A program made the translations under genes and the position numbers. This document shows, in pieces, positions 22,884 to 37,661 of a stretch of DNA of 64,000 nucleotides (within the stretch, counting starts at the first letter, position 1; every line of letters starts with the position of its first letter). This DNA is from Octopus sinensis. Lineage: Eukaryota. The stretch is from contig NC_043003.1 in NCBI RefSeq assembly GCF_006345805.1, positions 81,840,001 through 81,904,000 on the forward strand. The letters are read 5' to 3'. The notes under the pieces were generated by a model. It worked only from the letters and a program-made list of their open reading frames with translations. It had not been told where the DNA came from and searched no databases.

Positions 22884-24361
22884 CATATATAAATGTGTTT
22901 GTATGCTTGTGTCTGTATGCGTGTGTATGTGTTTGTATGTGCGTATAAAGGAAATAAGAATTTTTTCTCAAGCAGTACTGCAATGCATGTTGTCAGTTTA
23001 TATTATGTGTCAAGATGTACTTGCTAATACTCCAGTATTTCTGATGATGGTGTTGTAAAATAAGTTTGTATGTATTCATAGAGTATCGGAAATTACTAGG
23101 CTTAGAAATTAAAGCTGTACATTGCATTTTCATGGACATTTCCATTCATGTTATGGTCTACATTGAGCTAAAACTACATTTTCTGATACGAGTACACCAC
23201 TTGAGAATACTAGACACTATAATATGCATTGCCTACGTTGGTGTTACACTCGTTAAATATTCACTCTTACTGGAGGAAATTTAAATTTCTCTAATGTAAC
23301 GGTACGAACACAACGAACGTTAATTAGGGAATGGCGATACAATTTCTTTTCATTGCATAAAACAACATTATGCAGGCAGTGAGACAATAACATTCTAAAG
23401 ATGTGCTAAATATGAAATATTTTCGATTATTGATAATTCATTCATAGGTGCAATTCTGTTCTCGTTCAGATTTAACGAAATAAGACTACTTGCTAATATC
23501 TGCACGTCTATAAAATTAATAGTGATCCTTTTCAGGTTAACACTGAACAAGATTAAACCTAACAAGATTGAGACTTTAATTAGATTTGTTTCATTCAATT
23601 CTCGAAGTTCGCATAATATTTCTGTCCTTATAAGTTAAGAAGAATTATGAAACAAAAATTGAATTTGGCATGAGCGTCAAAAACTTGAAAATAGATAAAA
23701 AGTTGAAAGAAAGACGCTCTCGAAGTAATGATTTGAAATGATAGAATTGACATAATGGATATCAAATATTAAACTTTATCTATCAATACTATTTAATGGA
23801 ACAAGAAACGCTGTCAAAATATGATTGTAATGGAATTTTCATGTGAAGAAAATGAATGTCGCATGTATGTCCGAAGAGTATTGATTTGAATGTTCTAAAA
23901 TGTAGATTGCTGAATATTATGTCCATGTTCATCTGAGTACGCTAGCGTGAGAAATTGTACATATTTATATGAATAAATCAGTATTTAGTGAGAACTACAT
24001 ACATGCAGACATATACATTTGTGTGTGTGTGCGTGCATGTGTGTGCGAGCGTGTGCCTCTCTGTGTGTGTGTATGTGTAAGGTGATCTATTAAGGATTGA
24101 GGTATAATCAAAGTGAAAGACGCCACAGTAAATGGCTAGACAGAATGACCGCATCAAACAGTTAAGCAATCCATTATCATAGCACGAAATGCATCGCTGA
24201 AGGGAAGCTCAGTAATCCGTAACTCCAATGATATCGAAAGCTGAATGGAACCATAAGTGTTGCAGATGAATGTGTTATCTACTACTGCTACAATTGTTTC
24301 AGTAAGAGCCTTTTTACTGTTGTGAAGGTTGCGCAGTCGGCTATACAATATTCATAAAATC

Positions 24362-24575
24362 CAAAAGCGGCGAGCTGGCAGAAACGTTAGTACTCCAGGC
24401 CAAATACTTAGCTGTATTTCGTCCGTCTTTACATTCTGATTTCAAATTCCCCCGAGGTGGGACTTTGCCTTTCATTCTTTCGGGGTCGATAAATTAAGTA
24501 ACTGTTGCGTACTGGGGCCGATCTAATCAACTGGCATTTAGAATTCTCCCTTGTGCTTAGAGTAGTAAAGAATAT
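24362..24575 (+). mobile_element. SINE family A
   Basis: GCGGCGAGCTGGCAGAAACGTTAG head to GAGTAGTAAAGAATATT tail, flanked by AATATTCA(T/A)AAAATC near-duplications. Confidence 0.88.
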
Positions 24576-24939
24576 TCAAAAAATCTATAAAATTCTGTAA
24601 TACATTTCACAACTCTCAATTCATTAGGCTTTTCAAATATACAAATGAGTAGTGACATGATGATGAATCAACAGTTTATCAACAAGTGTAATTTCGAATA
24701 AGAATGACAACTTTTAAGAAATGTAAAAGGGTTGGGACTACAATCAGTCAGTGACGAAGGGTTGATAGTAGAATGAAGTTGTAAGTCATAGAATAGTTAA
24801 AAGAATATCTATTTTAATATGCCATTAACTTCGCGGCATCACTTATAGAACCTGCTTCACATAGATCAGCAGAGTGCAAGAATCGAGTATGACATTTGAC
24901 TTATCAAAAACCTTATTGACTATCGTTGCTGACATTCTT

Positions 24940-25340
24940 TCACTCTTTTACTTGTTTCAGTCATCTGACTGTGGCCATGCTGGAGCACCGCCTTTAGTCC
25001 AGAAAATCGACCTCATGACTTATTCTTTGTAAGCCTAGTACTTAATCTATCGGTCTCTTTTTCCGAACCGCTAAGTTACGGGCACGTAAACACAGCAGCA
25101 TCGGTTGTCAAGTGATTTTGGGTGGACAAACACAAACATATAAATACACACACACACATATATATACATATAATACATATATACGACGGGCTTCTTTCAG
25201 TTTCCGTCTACCAAATCCACTCACAAGGCTTTGGCCGGCCCGATGCTATAGTAGAAGATACTTGCCCAAGTTGCCACACAGTGGGACTGAACCCGGAACC
25301 ATGTGGTTGGTAAGCAAGCTACTTACCACACAGCCACTCC
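24940..25340 (-). mobile_element. SINE family B, full length
   Basis: Runs from TTTTACTTGTTTCAGTCA...GCTGGAGCACCGCC to TTACCACACAGCCAC on the plus strand. Confidence 0.92.
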
Positions 25341-28300
25341 TGACATTGTTCGCAAAACAAATTATTTACAGTGTTGCTTGTTCAGTACGCCAAAGTAAGG
25401 AAATACTTGATAGACTCCAGTATTATTTCTTTATTTACTTAATTCCGCATTATTTCATTGCCCCGATTAATTATTGCAAACTTGATAGAATAATATCATT
25501 ACTTGCAGTAGGTAGAGTAATCAGGAAAAATAACATGAGAAAAAATAAAACGCCGAGAACGGGGAAGGTCATTGCGAAATTTCAGAGGAGAGGCCGGGCA
25601 AGAGAAGGATACGAAATAAGAAGATACTGAAGATAACTGACACGTAGAGATAGTCATAACACCGTACCGAAAATCATAAACTACAACCACCTACATACAA
25701 ACAGAATAAGATCAATCTTATTGAAAATGTGAACAACAAAGTGGACGGAAAAACGCCACTGGCATACACAAACAAATGAATGTCTATACTAGAATATTAA
25801 AAGTAGTTTATGCAATAGTTTGGGTCAAGATAATTCAAATAAATTTTAGTTAAATATCCAAAATTTAGAGAGATCAGTTAAATAGTGGTTATGAAGTTAC
25901 AAATTGAAAGGTTAAAATTAAGAGAAAAGTTTGAACAAAACCGAGATCCTCAATAGAAACTGAAAAGCCATGAATCCCAATGATCCTGTTAAACAAATAA
26001 ATTAAAATCATTATTGGATCAGATCATTACAATAATAGTTAAAAAGTATGGTAAGTATCGAGAAAATATTAAGAGAATTTATGAGAATTCTCTTAACACT
26101 GCTCAAAAATGTATAAAAGAAATTATTGTCGTAACGAATCATAAAGAATGAGAATGGCCCTAATAAGGAATGTTGAAGCAAATATCATGACGATACTGTA
26201 TTAGTTCTGAATTACACTGAATAAAACTATTAAACTACATTAGAATATCAAAATAATCGGTATTTGTCGTTAGAACTAAGAGTATGCCAAAAACCTTAAA
26301 TATGATCACTTATTAGTATTAAAATATTAAAATATGCTAAGCTACCTAAACAAAATCTATGACTCTTATTACTTGTAATTAAGATCCATATGGTAGTGAT
26401 AGAGATTCTTATCTTGTACTGGGATAAGACTTTATATAATCGGTTTACAGTATAAGAAAGTTCTTTGAATAGAATGTGGATATTTGATCCTTAAGTCATC
26501 AACTGTATTAATGACATCACCTTGCATCTCAAGATTTTCAACAATTCCAAACAGGAAAGATTGCATTCATATTTGTGACTAACATAAGGCTTAACATGTC
26601 TAGCAATGTTCCACATTAGAGAAAAAATCAGAATCGATATTTTTGTTTTAAATCTTCGCAGAGTGCTATGATGGTTTTTCGCTGTGTCGCTTTATGTGGA
26701 GATGATTATATCTTCTTGATTTAAAAATGGTAAATGTGGAACCTACGTAAGTGAAAGGATGTAGATTACATTTATATACAATGTAACCAGGCATTTATTT
26801 ACTAGCATGCATGCAAACTTTTTCTTAGAGTTACGTAATCCGCTTAATATGGAGATTAGAATACTGTTGGTTACATAATTCCCATTTATATGCGGTACAC
26901 AATTATACTCGGCTGAGTTGTTATGTGCGCTAGCCACTTCATTGATAGTAACATTGCTATAACTCATACTCCTGTTATTATAAATACCCCTCGGTCTTCC
27001 AAAATGATTACATTCGTTGTTATTATTACTAGTTTCATAGGTGTTGTTATTTTTTGCTTGGGCGCAAGTTTTTATATTAGTATACATTGTACTCTAATGC
27101 ATTGCTTTATTTATGTAAGATCCGATGTCTGATTAATGAGAATCTACATCAACACGAGTAAAGTACTGATATTTCATTGTCGTCAACATCTAGCTTTTAT
27201 TCATGAAAGAGTAATTAATATCGAAAAAGCTGCTCGCATTTAACACGGACCATCTTACTGGTTCCGTATTGCAGTGCAAGATGTTAAATTATACAATTAT
27301 GAAATATTTATCAATATTTCACCGTAATTACACTGGGAATCCTGCTCTGTTATTCTGATTATCATTTAATAAATTATCATTATAAAGTGGGCAATATTGC
27401 GAATAGATTTAGTTGAATCTGAAGTGGTTTTTTCTAAAAACATTTCCTTGATCTTATAATTGTTTGTGATGTGTTGTGATGTGACTTTGTTGTAAGGTCA
27501 AAAGTTCTTTTACATATATTTTGTTTTATGCTATTGTTTCGTTGCTCCTCACACTTAGGAAGCTAATGTTATCAGTTAGCCCGTTTTGTCTAATATAATA
27601 TTAGGGTGTTCGGTGAAGCTGCATCGGTCTGAGGATATATAAAATATTTTCGCTATCTGAGCAACTTGGACAAAAAATTCTCAAAGAAACGGATATTTTT
27701 CCGACTCGGATTTTTGCATTGGATTAAACTAAAACTATCATGCATCGGCACAGCGTGAAAAGTCACTGTCGTTTATTTATATTAACAAGTGTAGCACTTA
27801 AAAGAGATCAATAAAATGCTAGGTACTTAATGTGCCGCATTCATTAAATCGGATCATTAAATTTGGACTAATATAAATGTAGAGTAGAGAATGCCGATTC
27901 ATATATGTTACATTATATTATAAGCGTGTATTTTCTTATCACCGATATATTAATTTTAATATGGAAACAATTTAATTAAACAAAGAATTGCTGATATTTA
28001 TGATAATTGCAAAAATTATAATGTTTAAAACGTCTATATTTGGTAAAGGCTTATATTTGATTGGTGGGAGAGCAGGAACTCAGTTTATATACTGTTTATT
28101 GTGTATGTGTGTATACACACGTTTATTAGCTAAGCAAGTGTATGATATTTACGTTTGAATAGATCTAATAGAATGTCCGTGTTGAATGGCCATAATGTCT
28201 AAGATAGTTGCCATCCATGTGCCTCTTAAATGTTATGAAGAACAAGTGTAGTCAAGCGTAGCGATGTTAGTAATGTGCATTGAACTCATAACATGGGCCA

Positions 28301-29959
28301 CCTTTTGTACGCTTGTCTGATTGATTGCTTTATCGCACATTGCAATTCTCTGAATATCTCGTTATTGACAAGATTGCTTTATTGCAGTAGTATTGCAGAC
28401 ACTTTAAGTACATCGATTCTCGTCTTGAAACAGACGCTATTAAGATATTGTAATAAGTTAAAGACTAGGTTCACAATAAGCCAACTCTAGTAGTTTTATT
28501 ATTTTACATTTCATTTGATATACATGTAGTACTGAAAATAGTAAAATGGAGAGTAATTAACAATGCACCATCTTCCATTTCTTAAATACATTTTTATCGT
28601 GTGAGCATAGCTCAGACATCTAAACCATATCAAGGAAGCAAAAGACTTAACCGTGTTATTGTTTATAGTAGATTTACTTTTGGGATCTATTAAACAATGG
28701 AAATCCCTTAAAGATTTAGTATTAGTTGGTTACTTAATAATATCTTAATATCGTATTTGAGGAAAATGTTGATATATTATTAAATTTTGCCTACTTTTCC
28801 TTTGCGAAAACCTAAATGGAAAATATGCACAGACAAATAGTTAATGAGGGTACATCAAATTAAATTTTTCCTTGCTCTCTCCCATTTAAAAAAGAAAATG
28901 CTCTTGATATATGAAGAAAGTTATAATAATGAAATTCCATGTAATATCCTCACACGACCTGGCTTATCTATACTACAGCTAAGTTTACTTTCAAAAGAAA
29001 CATCGCAATCCTAAATGCATCCTTGAAGATAAAGTATACAAGAAATCTATGATATCCAACTGTTATGGTAAAATATACAAAGTAAAAAATAAATGATTTA
29101 TCACTCAGTATTGATATATTCTTAAGCCATAGTAACTTAAATATAGGTAAACGCATATCCTTAGATATTCAAAGCAGTGTATTGCAAATATATTCAAATA
29201 ACCTATCACATATGTGTATAAACGACAGTTTCGAACATTAAATTTAAAAACATATTCTCATATTCAGAACAAAATAATCACCGAAGTTTTAAGATGATCA
29301 ACAAAAGGACATCAACATTGGGCTTTTGATTTCCTTTATAAAGAATTGAATAAATCCTAAAATTTTGAACGAACCGAAACTTTTTGCAATATCTGTGACA
29401 TTCATAATATTGCACTTAATTTCAATCAACATATATCAGCAGAATAATTATTCTCATAACTAATTAAGATAGTGTGTATACTCACCAATTTAAAGTAGCA
29501 GGAATGTGCACATATTTGTGTATATATATATTGTATGGATCTATGTGCATATATATACGCATAAAACGTACATACGAAGAGACACACATACATAACACAC
29601 ATAGGCATATTTGTATGCATGTATGTATGTATATATGTATATATATATACATATATGTGTATATATATATACATATATGTGTGTGTGGGGGGGTGCGTGA
29701 GCGTGTGTATGCATGAATGCAGGTAGGTATCTATGTATGTAAGTATGTAAAATTACCGAGAGATAATTAATTTGAGCAATTGAAGACTTGATAAATCGAA
29801 GATCGCCTGATACAATAAATAAAAAGAACCATACAGTTATTAATAAAAGCGTAATTATCCTGCTAATGACTTCTTCACTTCTCCAAGTTTTCCTTCATGA
29901 TGATTGGCATGAAAATGATGATGTTTACGATGATGAAAATTATTATCATTATTATCCTT

Positions 29960-29977
29960 ATTTTTATTATTATTATT

Positions 29978-30064
<87 letters not shown>

Positions 30065-30076
30065 AAGAAGAAGAAG
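29960..30076. repeat. (TAT)n(AAT)n(AAG)n microsatellite
   Basis: Read directly from the sequence. Confidence 0.95.
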
Positions 30077-30949
30077 GAGGAGGGGGATGGATCTTTGAGC
30101 TAATGGAAATCTATATCTTATCACCAGTGCTGATAGGATTTATGAAATATATCATGCATAAATAGAGAACAAATATGGTATTAAACTCCAATTAAGGTGT
30201 ACAGTAAAATGATTACGATGACTTTTCAATGCCGTTTACTTACGCTATTTTTCTTCCGTCTCGTTCTTACACTATTAAATATATGGTGTAGCTACAAGAT
30301 CGAAAGGAGTATGACTGGAAAATGTCATATCACTACGAAGGAAGCTGTTTAATTACAGTCGTATCTGAACCTATATTCCTATATTTCTTTCGTAAATCAA
30401 ACAGACAAAAACTTCGGGTATTAACAATGTTTCTCAGATAATGAATCGATAGAAAATATTTTTTTGTGTTACTAAAATGTTATCAACATATTTGTGTAGA
30501 TGAAGTCATTCCTTGAAAATGCTAAGTATAATTAAATGTGGAAAACGTTTGTGATTACATTTGAAGCTATATCCATGCATACGTATCTACTTTGCATGCA
30601 TACATGCGCGCGCATATACGTATATAATGAAACAGATCCCCGACGCTAAGTATCCAGTGGTTAGAACAATTAAATTAGCATTGATTATGTGCTTAATGAT
30701 TTTAACTATAATATGAGCCAAGGTTGGGCAGCTTAAGTACTCCTAAGATATATGTGATGATATTCTGCACAGTTTGCATGCACTCAAAATCTCAGTCAAG
30801 ATTTGTATCAGCCAGCATGTAAATAACTCTGGCGCAAGATGCTACTCCGTAGAACGAAATCTGCCCTGTGTTTCAGGAGCGAAATTCTTAATTTTCTGGC
30901 CATGAGCGCGTATACTTACATCCATACATGCATTCATACATGCATACAG

Positions 30950-31353
30950 AAAACATTGAAAGTAATGGGTTCGATAAATATTGGTGGAACTTAAACTTGA
31001 AACACCCTCCAAGTTAAAGCACAACACAGCAGATATTGTTTGGGATCACAAAGAAAACAATAGGCTCTATTGTTGAAATCAGCTGCCCATGGGGTTAGAA
31101 AAATACACAAGAAAGAAGACATCTATGGACCATTGATAAAGAGTTTGCAAATTCAGTACCAACGATAAACTTGCCGTTTCATGCTTGTTATTATTATAGT
31201 AATAGGATACACATACCAACCTCTGTGGAGCAAAGTATGGCTGAAATTGTGAGCTTGGGGAAAAAACAAGAACCGTTTATTCATACGCTAAAAATGGTCA
31301 TGATATCGGCGACTATAAAAATCTGCAAGGCCTTCTTAGGATTTAAAGAATGA
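30950..31353 (+). mobile_element. 3' fragment of an RLE-type non-LTR retrotransposon (CRE/NeSL/R4-like endonuclease domain)
   Basis: Frameshifted DKYWWNL, KLKHNTADIVWD, IVEISCPWG, KEDIYGPLIKSLQIQY and ISATIKICKAFLGF resemble the PD...E..CP...K...Y RLE C-terminus. Confidence 0.72.
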
Positions 31354-34300
31354 TGGTTAAAACAAGATGCTTTCCCTCACAACCGTGTTACCAGTATGTG
31401 GCTATCCAAAATTTTCCCTAAAGTAAGCCGAGCAAGAGATCATACACACACACTCACACACAGACACACACACACACAAACACAAAAATATATATCTTAT
31501 GTGAAACAGAAGCAGTATTACATTAACACAGCCACATGCGTGTCATACTTAATGCAAAAACATCACAAAAAGCCAAATGGATTGCGGTATTTGTCTGGTG
31601 CTATTATCTCTTATAGTCGTATTGAACTTACTAACACAAATATATCAGTTTCAGATAAAAGGAAATGTCTATCAGGGGTGGTGGCAATACTAGATACTCA
31701 TTTCTGCCTTTTTGGTACTTAACTATCTATATATATTTATACACACACTACAAATTATATGTCGGTTATGCCCGTATTCCATGTGGGAATTATTTAAGTA
31801 TATATATTTCTGTTACGCGATTTATTCCATATTCTGCGATATTAGATACTAAATTGGAAAATATTCCTTCTTTCTTTTTGCTGTTAAGATATTCGCGATT
31901 CTGTCAGCCCCGCAACATTGATGTCAGCGGTTTTTCGGTTTTCGCATGTTATATATACATATTAAATGGATTTCAAATATAACTTTGTCCTACACCCTTC
32001 TCTTCGGCCATATAACTTCTTCAGTCTTCTGATTCATTATTATTACACGGTATTTTGAAGCATGTAAGAAAACTGTATATCTATTCGAGAAGCATTATAT
32101 TATCGTATTAGATAATTCTATTAGAGATCCTCGTTCAATTTAAATTACGGAAATGTATAATTAATGTGTGGTTTACTATGCATTTGTGAAAAGCTCAAGT
32201 TCAATTATTTTTAATTAGCTACTTAAGTTACTACTATATTTTGCAGTCAAATTAATGTGAGTTGATTAACTGGTGTAACTGGAAATATCATGTACATATC
32301 TACTCCTATTATTATAAGCTAACGGGAGACATCGTTTACATTTTTAAGAATTACAACGTTGTGTTAATAATTTACATAATGGAGACATTAATTACCGCCT
32401 ACGTATTTCCTTTTTGCTCTGATATCATCGATCATTTCTATGCTTGATAGTACTTGCATACGGATTTTATTTTTGCATCACCTGTCCTTACAGGTCTGCA
32501 AACTGTGTGCAGTGTAGCTACATGTTCTGATTTGTGAGTAATTTGTGAGGTTTTTTATGAACAAATACATCATGGTCGGTCAGCCGATCCTCTACATACA
32601 ACACAGAGACGAACATTTTAGCATGAGAGATGACACGAGAGAGATTGAGAGAGAGAATTTTTATTGCGAGATCTTGCTTTAAATAACAATGCTGTTCTCT
32701 CTTATATTACATGACTTCCATATATTTCAAGAGCTAGGTCATAAAAAATATGGTGGATACAACATACTGTTTTCTAAAAAATTCTACGTCTTCAGACTTT
32801 TAAAAATTCAGATAAGTTGGTTTTGTTGTAGTTGAGGTTTAAGACAGCGCTCATTGAGAATACCCATAAATAAGCATTTTCCAACCGTGATCATCCATTA
32901 TTTATATGTCTGATTTTATTCTATGATAGTAATTTGTGATTTGAATGAGGCTCGGTTGTTATGTCTTGTACATCGAATCACCACAGGAGAGCTTCTTTGT
33001 TCATATGTTTACTAATTAGTTCAACAATTATGAGGTAAAGGAAATTTAAAATTCCTTATGCTGTAGAATAATACAAAGTGTTAATTCCAGAACTAGACAA
33101 GTAGATTCAATGCCATTGTTGATCATTGTTTTAATTACTATTTTAATTCCAGTTATTAAAGTATGTGAGGCATATTTCATTAAAAATAAAAATCGACAAT
33201 ATAAATGAAATCTTTTGAGCTATCCAAACAAAGTGGTTATTATACTTACGATGAGGAGAAAAGCAACAACAGAAGTAGAGTTTCGACAGCAAGATTATAT
33301 AATACCATTTCTTGAACTGTAACATGAAACAGTCAAAACAATCATCTGAAAAATAGTCACATCTCTATCAAATAATCTCAAAATATTTGCAGCAATGGAA
33401 AAGAAGGGAAAAAATGGAAAAATGAACTTATAACGATATATAGCTGGTTATTTCTGGTGATATGAGGTATCTTGTTCTGAAGGATCTTACATCGAATATT
33501 AATTAAATCGCATTTAAAGTATTAATGAATCTTATATAGTGTATTAATTATATTTGAAAATAAAGAGAAATATATTCTGAACCATTTCATGATATAGTTT
33601 ACAGGTTGTTGATAGCTCTGGCTAAATACGCTCTCTAAATTGCCAGATTGTTTCTGTATATTTGAAATGTATGTCATGATTCATAAGCACAAAGGCATCG
33701 CTTTACATTATTAATTCAGGTACATAATTTGAGTGGTCATAATTGTTACGACTTTTTGTATAAATAATAAATAAGATATACCCCAAAAGTATACAATAAC
33801 CGCAACTGCGCTATCCGAATTCCGACCCGAACAGCATTAATTATTTTCAAAACACAGCTACTTTCAGTTAATATCTCTGTGTATTACATTTTATATTTGC
33901 CTTCTTATACAACTTAAAAAATAAATATATCAGTCGCTGTTCAATTCTCATTTCATTACTATGGAACCCAAAATTCCTTTTCTAATGAAATTAAATATAT
34001 TTACGTGTAATGAATGTATCAAAGTATTTTATTACTTTTTTACTAAACAATAACCCTTCCTTATTTTTTAAAATTTTCATCGAGAATCTAAATGATTTTA
34101 CCTCTCGTATTTAATCTCATAAAATCCTATATAGCTCATATCAATCTTCAATAACTCCTCTTTTAATAACTTTAAAATGAATATATATAGAAGAAAATAT
34201 TTCACTTTAACAACGGTCTTATTAATTTCAATTTATATTAGATATTTTAAAACGAATACATGGATAGGTTCTTCACTGTATCTAAGTTATACGATCGGCA

Positions 34301-35332
34301 TGTATATTTGTTAATATGTTACATTCACGTATAATTCGAGAGACAATTACTATCAAATATGGGCATGCATTATATACACACGTCTAAATGCATATATACA
34401 TGCACACATGCGCACCAATCACGCACAGAAATACAGAGCTACACACACACACATATAGCTCTCAGTTATGTTCCAGGTTACAGCTGACTATATCGATTTG
34501 TGTTAACTTTTATAGGAGTTGTTACTTACACTGTAAACTCGAGGCAAGACGTTTGAAAGACCCTGAACGAAGTTGCACATAAATTATGGCCTGTTACATA
34601 TGCAACTGCCCTTTCTCTGTGCAGTGGAAATACGTGTAGGTCGTCGTAACCCCAAAAGACGTTATATGGCATTGTGAAGTAAAAGGAAATAAATATTGAG
34701 GATATGACAGTCTCCATACACTCTATCGTTATAATTATTGCTTATATATATATATATATATATATATACGTAAATGTCGAATCTCAAGGATATATGCTCA
34801 ACACAGCATTGATGGATATTGTGTATTAAGGTCACCATTGTTTACATATTAAGAAAAAAAATCTTATCATCTCAACAATTTCTCAAACCGTTCACATGAA
34901 GGAATTGTGTTTGCTTCCATTTTGGATGAAGACACAAATTCATGTCAATCTGCACAATGCTTCCTAAAGAAAACAATAAATCAAGGGTAGTTACACTTGG
35001 CTGGCACATTTTGTCTGGTTTTCCCCCTTGGTTTTGACTTTTGGGAAAACAGTCATGCTGTATGGTAAATTTGTTTGCATGATATTATATTATATCCTGA
35101 GTATATGTGATGTTCGTATGTTTATATGCTGAGGTAGTTCGTCATGGGTGGTGAATGTTTCTTCTATGTGTGGAGTTCTTGTGTTCTATATATTCAATTT
35201 TCACGTTCAGGGAAAGAAAGTATCTCTGAGCGGGTAGCAGTGTAGGTGGTGGTTACTCTTTGATTTGTCTAAGTGTAAACTATTGCTTGTGTGTGTATGT
35301 TTGTATGTATATATACACGCACACACACACAC

Positions 35333-35365
<33 letters not shown>

Positions 35366-37606
35366 TATTATATAAGGTGTGCATTATTTTTTAATTATTA
35401 AATTTTGTTGTGTGAAACAAAACGCCACGAACCGTTAGTACAGATGTTTCGTTACAGTGGGTATTTTTGTTTCTTTTGTTTCTGAGTTTTTCAAACACAT
35501 TTGCTTTAGGTTAAACCGTATAGAGTATGTTGTTTGTAGTAGTGGTGCTGACTATATCCAGTCAAGTTTCGAATTTAGAATTCATATAAAATCTCCTTTT
35601 AAGTTTCGTACGTGATATATTTAATTCTTTTTCTTTTGAAAAATTAAAGAGTTGATTTCAAGTTTTCAATTTTCCATTTACACAAATGTCTAGTAGTACA
35701 TGGATCATCTTTAGGATAAGAATCTTTAACTTGATGTTTGCGAACATTCACTCGACTGGCAAAATGCCACCTTGTTTCTCCGATGTAGTTCTCATTACAT
35801 TGTTGGTGTGTGATGCTTTAGATGGGAGTTTCTGTTAATCACTTCATGCAGTTACTATTAATTTTTTCCCATTCTTGAATCTTTTTTCGTTCCTTATTCC
35901 TTGTTCAATTTCTTTTTAACATAAGAAAGGAAATGATCAACTACGAAAGGCAAAGTATACTTTATAAGAATTCGAAATCCGAAACCAAACTGAAAATCGT
36001 CAACACCCTTACTAAAACCAACTTTTATCCGCATCAACTTGTAACACGAGTTTAAAAAGGTGAACAACGAAAGCGATTACACATAACACAGACAATGCGA
36101 AGCATTTTTCCCAAAGCTTCTTGGTACTGTATTTTTTAAAACAAATGGGATTTTTAAGAAAATATCTTTATAAATATTGTGATTTTATGAAGTATATTTT
36201 ACCAAAAAAATATTGTGTGTGTGTCTGATATTATTTCAAAACAAGTCTTGATATTATTTCAAAACCAGCCTGTACAAACTTGCAAGTGCATTCACACAAG
36301 AAAAGGTTATAGCTATACATTTGTCTAAGAGGTCAGTGTTAAAGTAATTGTAGTTTTAAAATACCTACAGGCACTTGAACCTATTATTTACTGCGTATTA
36401 ATAAATATTGAGACAACTGCTCAATTCTATATTAGATTTAACGCAAGTTCTTTGAAAGCAAAATATATTCACATTATAAAGCATTTCTAAAACCAACTGA
36501 AAATTTCCAGTATTAGTTTCTCCAGACTCTAATGGATTATTAGATATGAAGAGATGAAGTAAAAAAAAAAGTTAATGGAAATTCGCTTGTTTCGATAGAC
36601 GACACAACCAATGAAAGAGTCGTTCTCGTTGTGCTCATCCGTTCCAAACAGTGATACATCTCAGATATCTTCCTTCCTTAAACATAAATTCTGAATAAAC
36701 CACTATAGTATCTTTAATATTTGAAACTATTTATAAGATAATGAAGTATACAAGCTGCATATTAATGCCCACCTTTTCCCTGCGGCAACAGAAAATATTC
36801 TTATTTCATTAACTATTATACGGATGACATGAAATATGCAGTGTTCTATCTATCAGGTGGTCCAAAAATAATTACGGTGTTCAACCGTAAATTTTAAATT
36901 GATATATTTGTGTTCAAGATAAATAGTATTAATCTAAAACATATCAACTAGGCTTTACATATTTCTATCCACAAAACAGAATTAATATAATCGGGTACTG
37001 TAGAAGTCTATAGTCCAAGAACCATTGAATTCTTCGAAGAAGTTTTGAACAGCTGCTTATTTGTGGAAAAACATTTACAGAATGACATGAAGTTTTTTTG
37101 AGAAAGTAGAAATCGACTTGAGAGTATTCCCGCTTGTAAATTCAATGTTTCGAGCTGATTTGGGTCAATTTCTGCTAGACATTTGTCATATTCAGAAATT
37201 ACTCCCTTCGTACGACAAACGCTGACCGTAAACGTTGGACTTTTTCTATATATTTGATTTCTTGGCAAAAGATTATTCGCGCGTATGAGTAATGAAGGTG
37301 AGTATCCTCTACGCCAGGCTGGGTTATGACAATCATGGTTTACTTTGAAGATCAACCGATTGACTTCAGTCGGTCGAGCATATGGTGCCAGACGAATGAA
37401 TATAATTACATACCATACAGCTTACTATGGACATTTCTGGTAGTTTGAATACACACATACTAACACACACACGCTCGCATGCGCACACACTTAGTGAATC
37501 AGTTGTGGGGTTCGTTATAATCTAGGTATTTTAATGTTCAGTAGTAGTGAGAGAGTCAAGTTCCACATGCACGTATACATATCAATTATAGCATATATAT
37601 ATATAA

Positions 37607-37661
<55 letters not shown>

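Noticed and set aside
26743-27132. 114-aa minus ORF with an Ig-like looking patch and 69-aa plus ORF with a TM-like stretch
   Set aside because: Composition explains both (A-rich versus T-rich strand); no canonical Ig Trp/Cys spacing and weak splice sites.
32494-32533. Candidate 40-nt plus exon with strong acceptor and GTGAGT donor
   Set aside because: Isolated, with no recognisable product; cannot be supported without transcripts.
33250-33316. Minus exon encoding a signal-peptide-like MVLYNLAVETLLLLLLFSS
   Set aside because: No phase-compatible downstream exon found; Leu runs arise easily on a T/C-rich strand.
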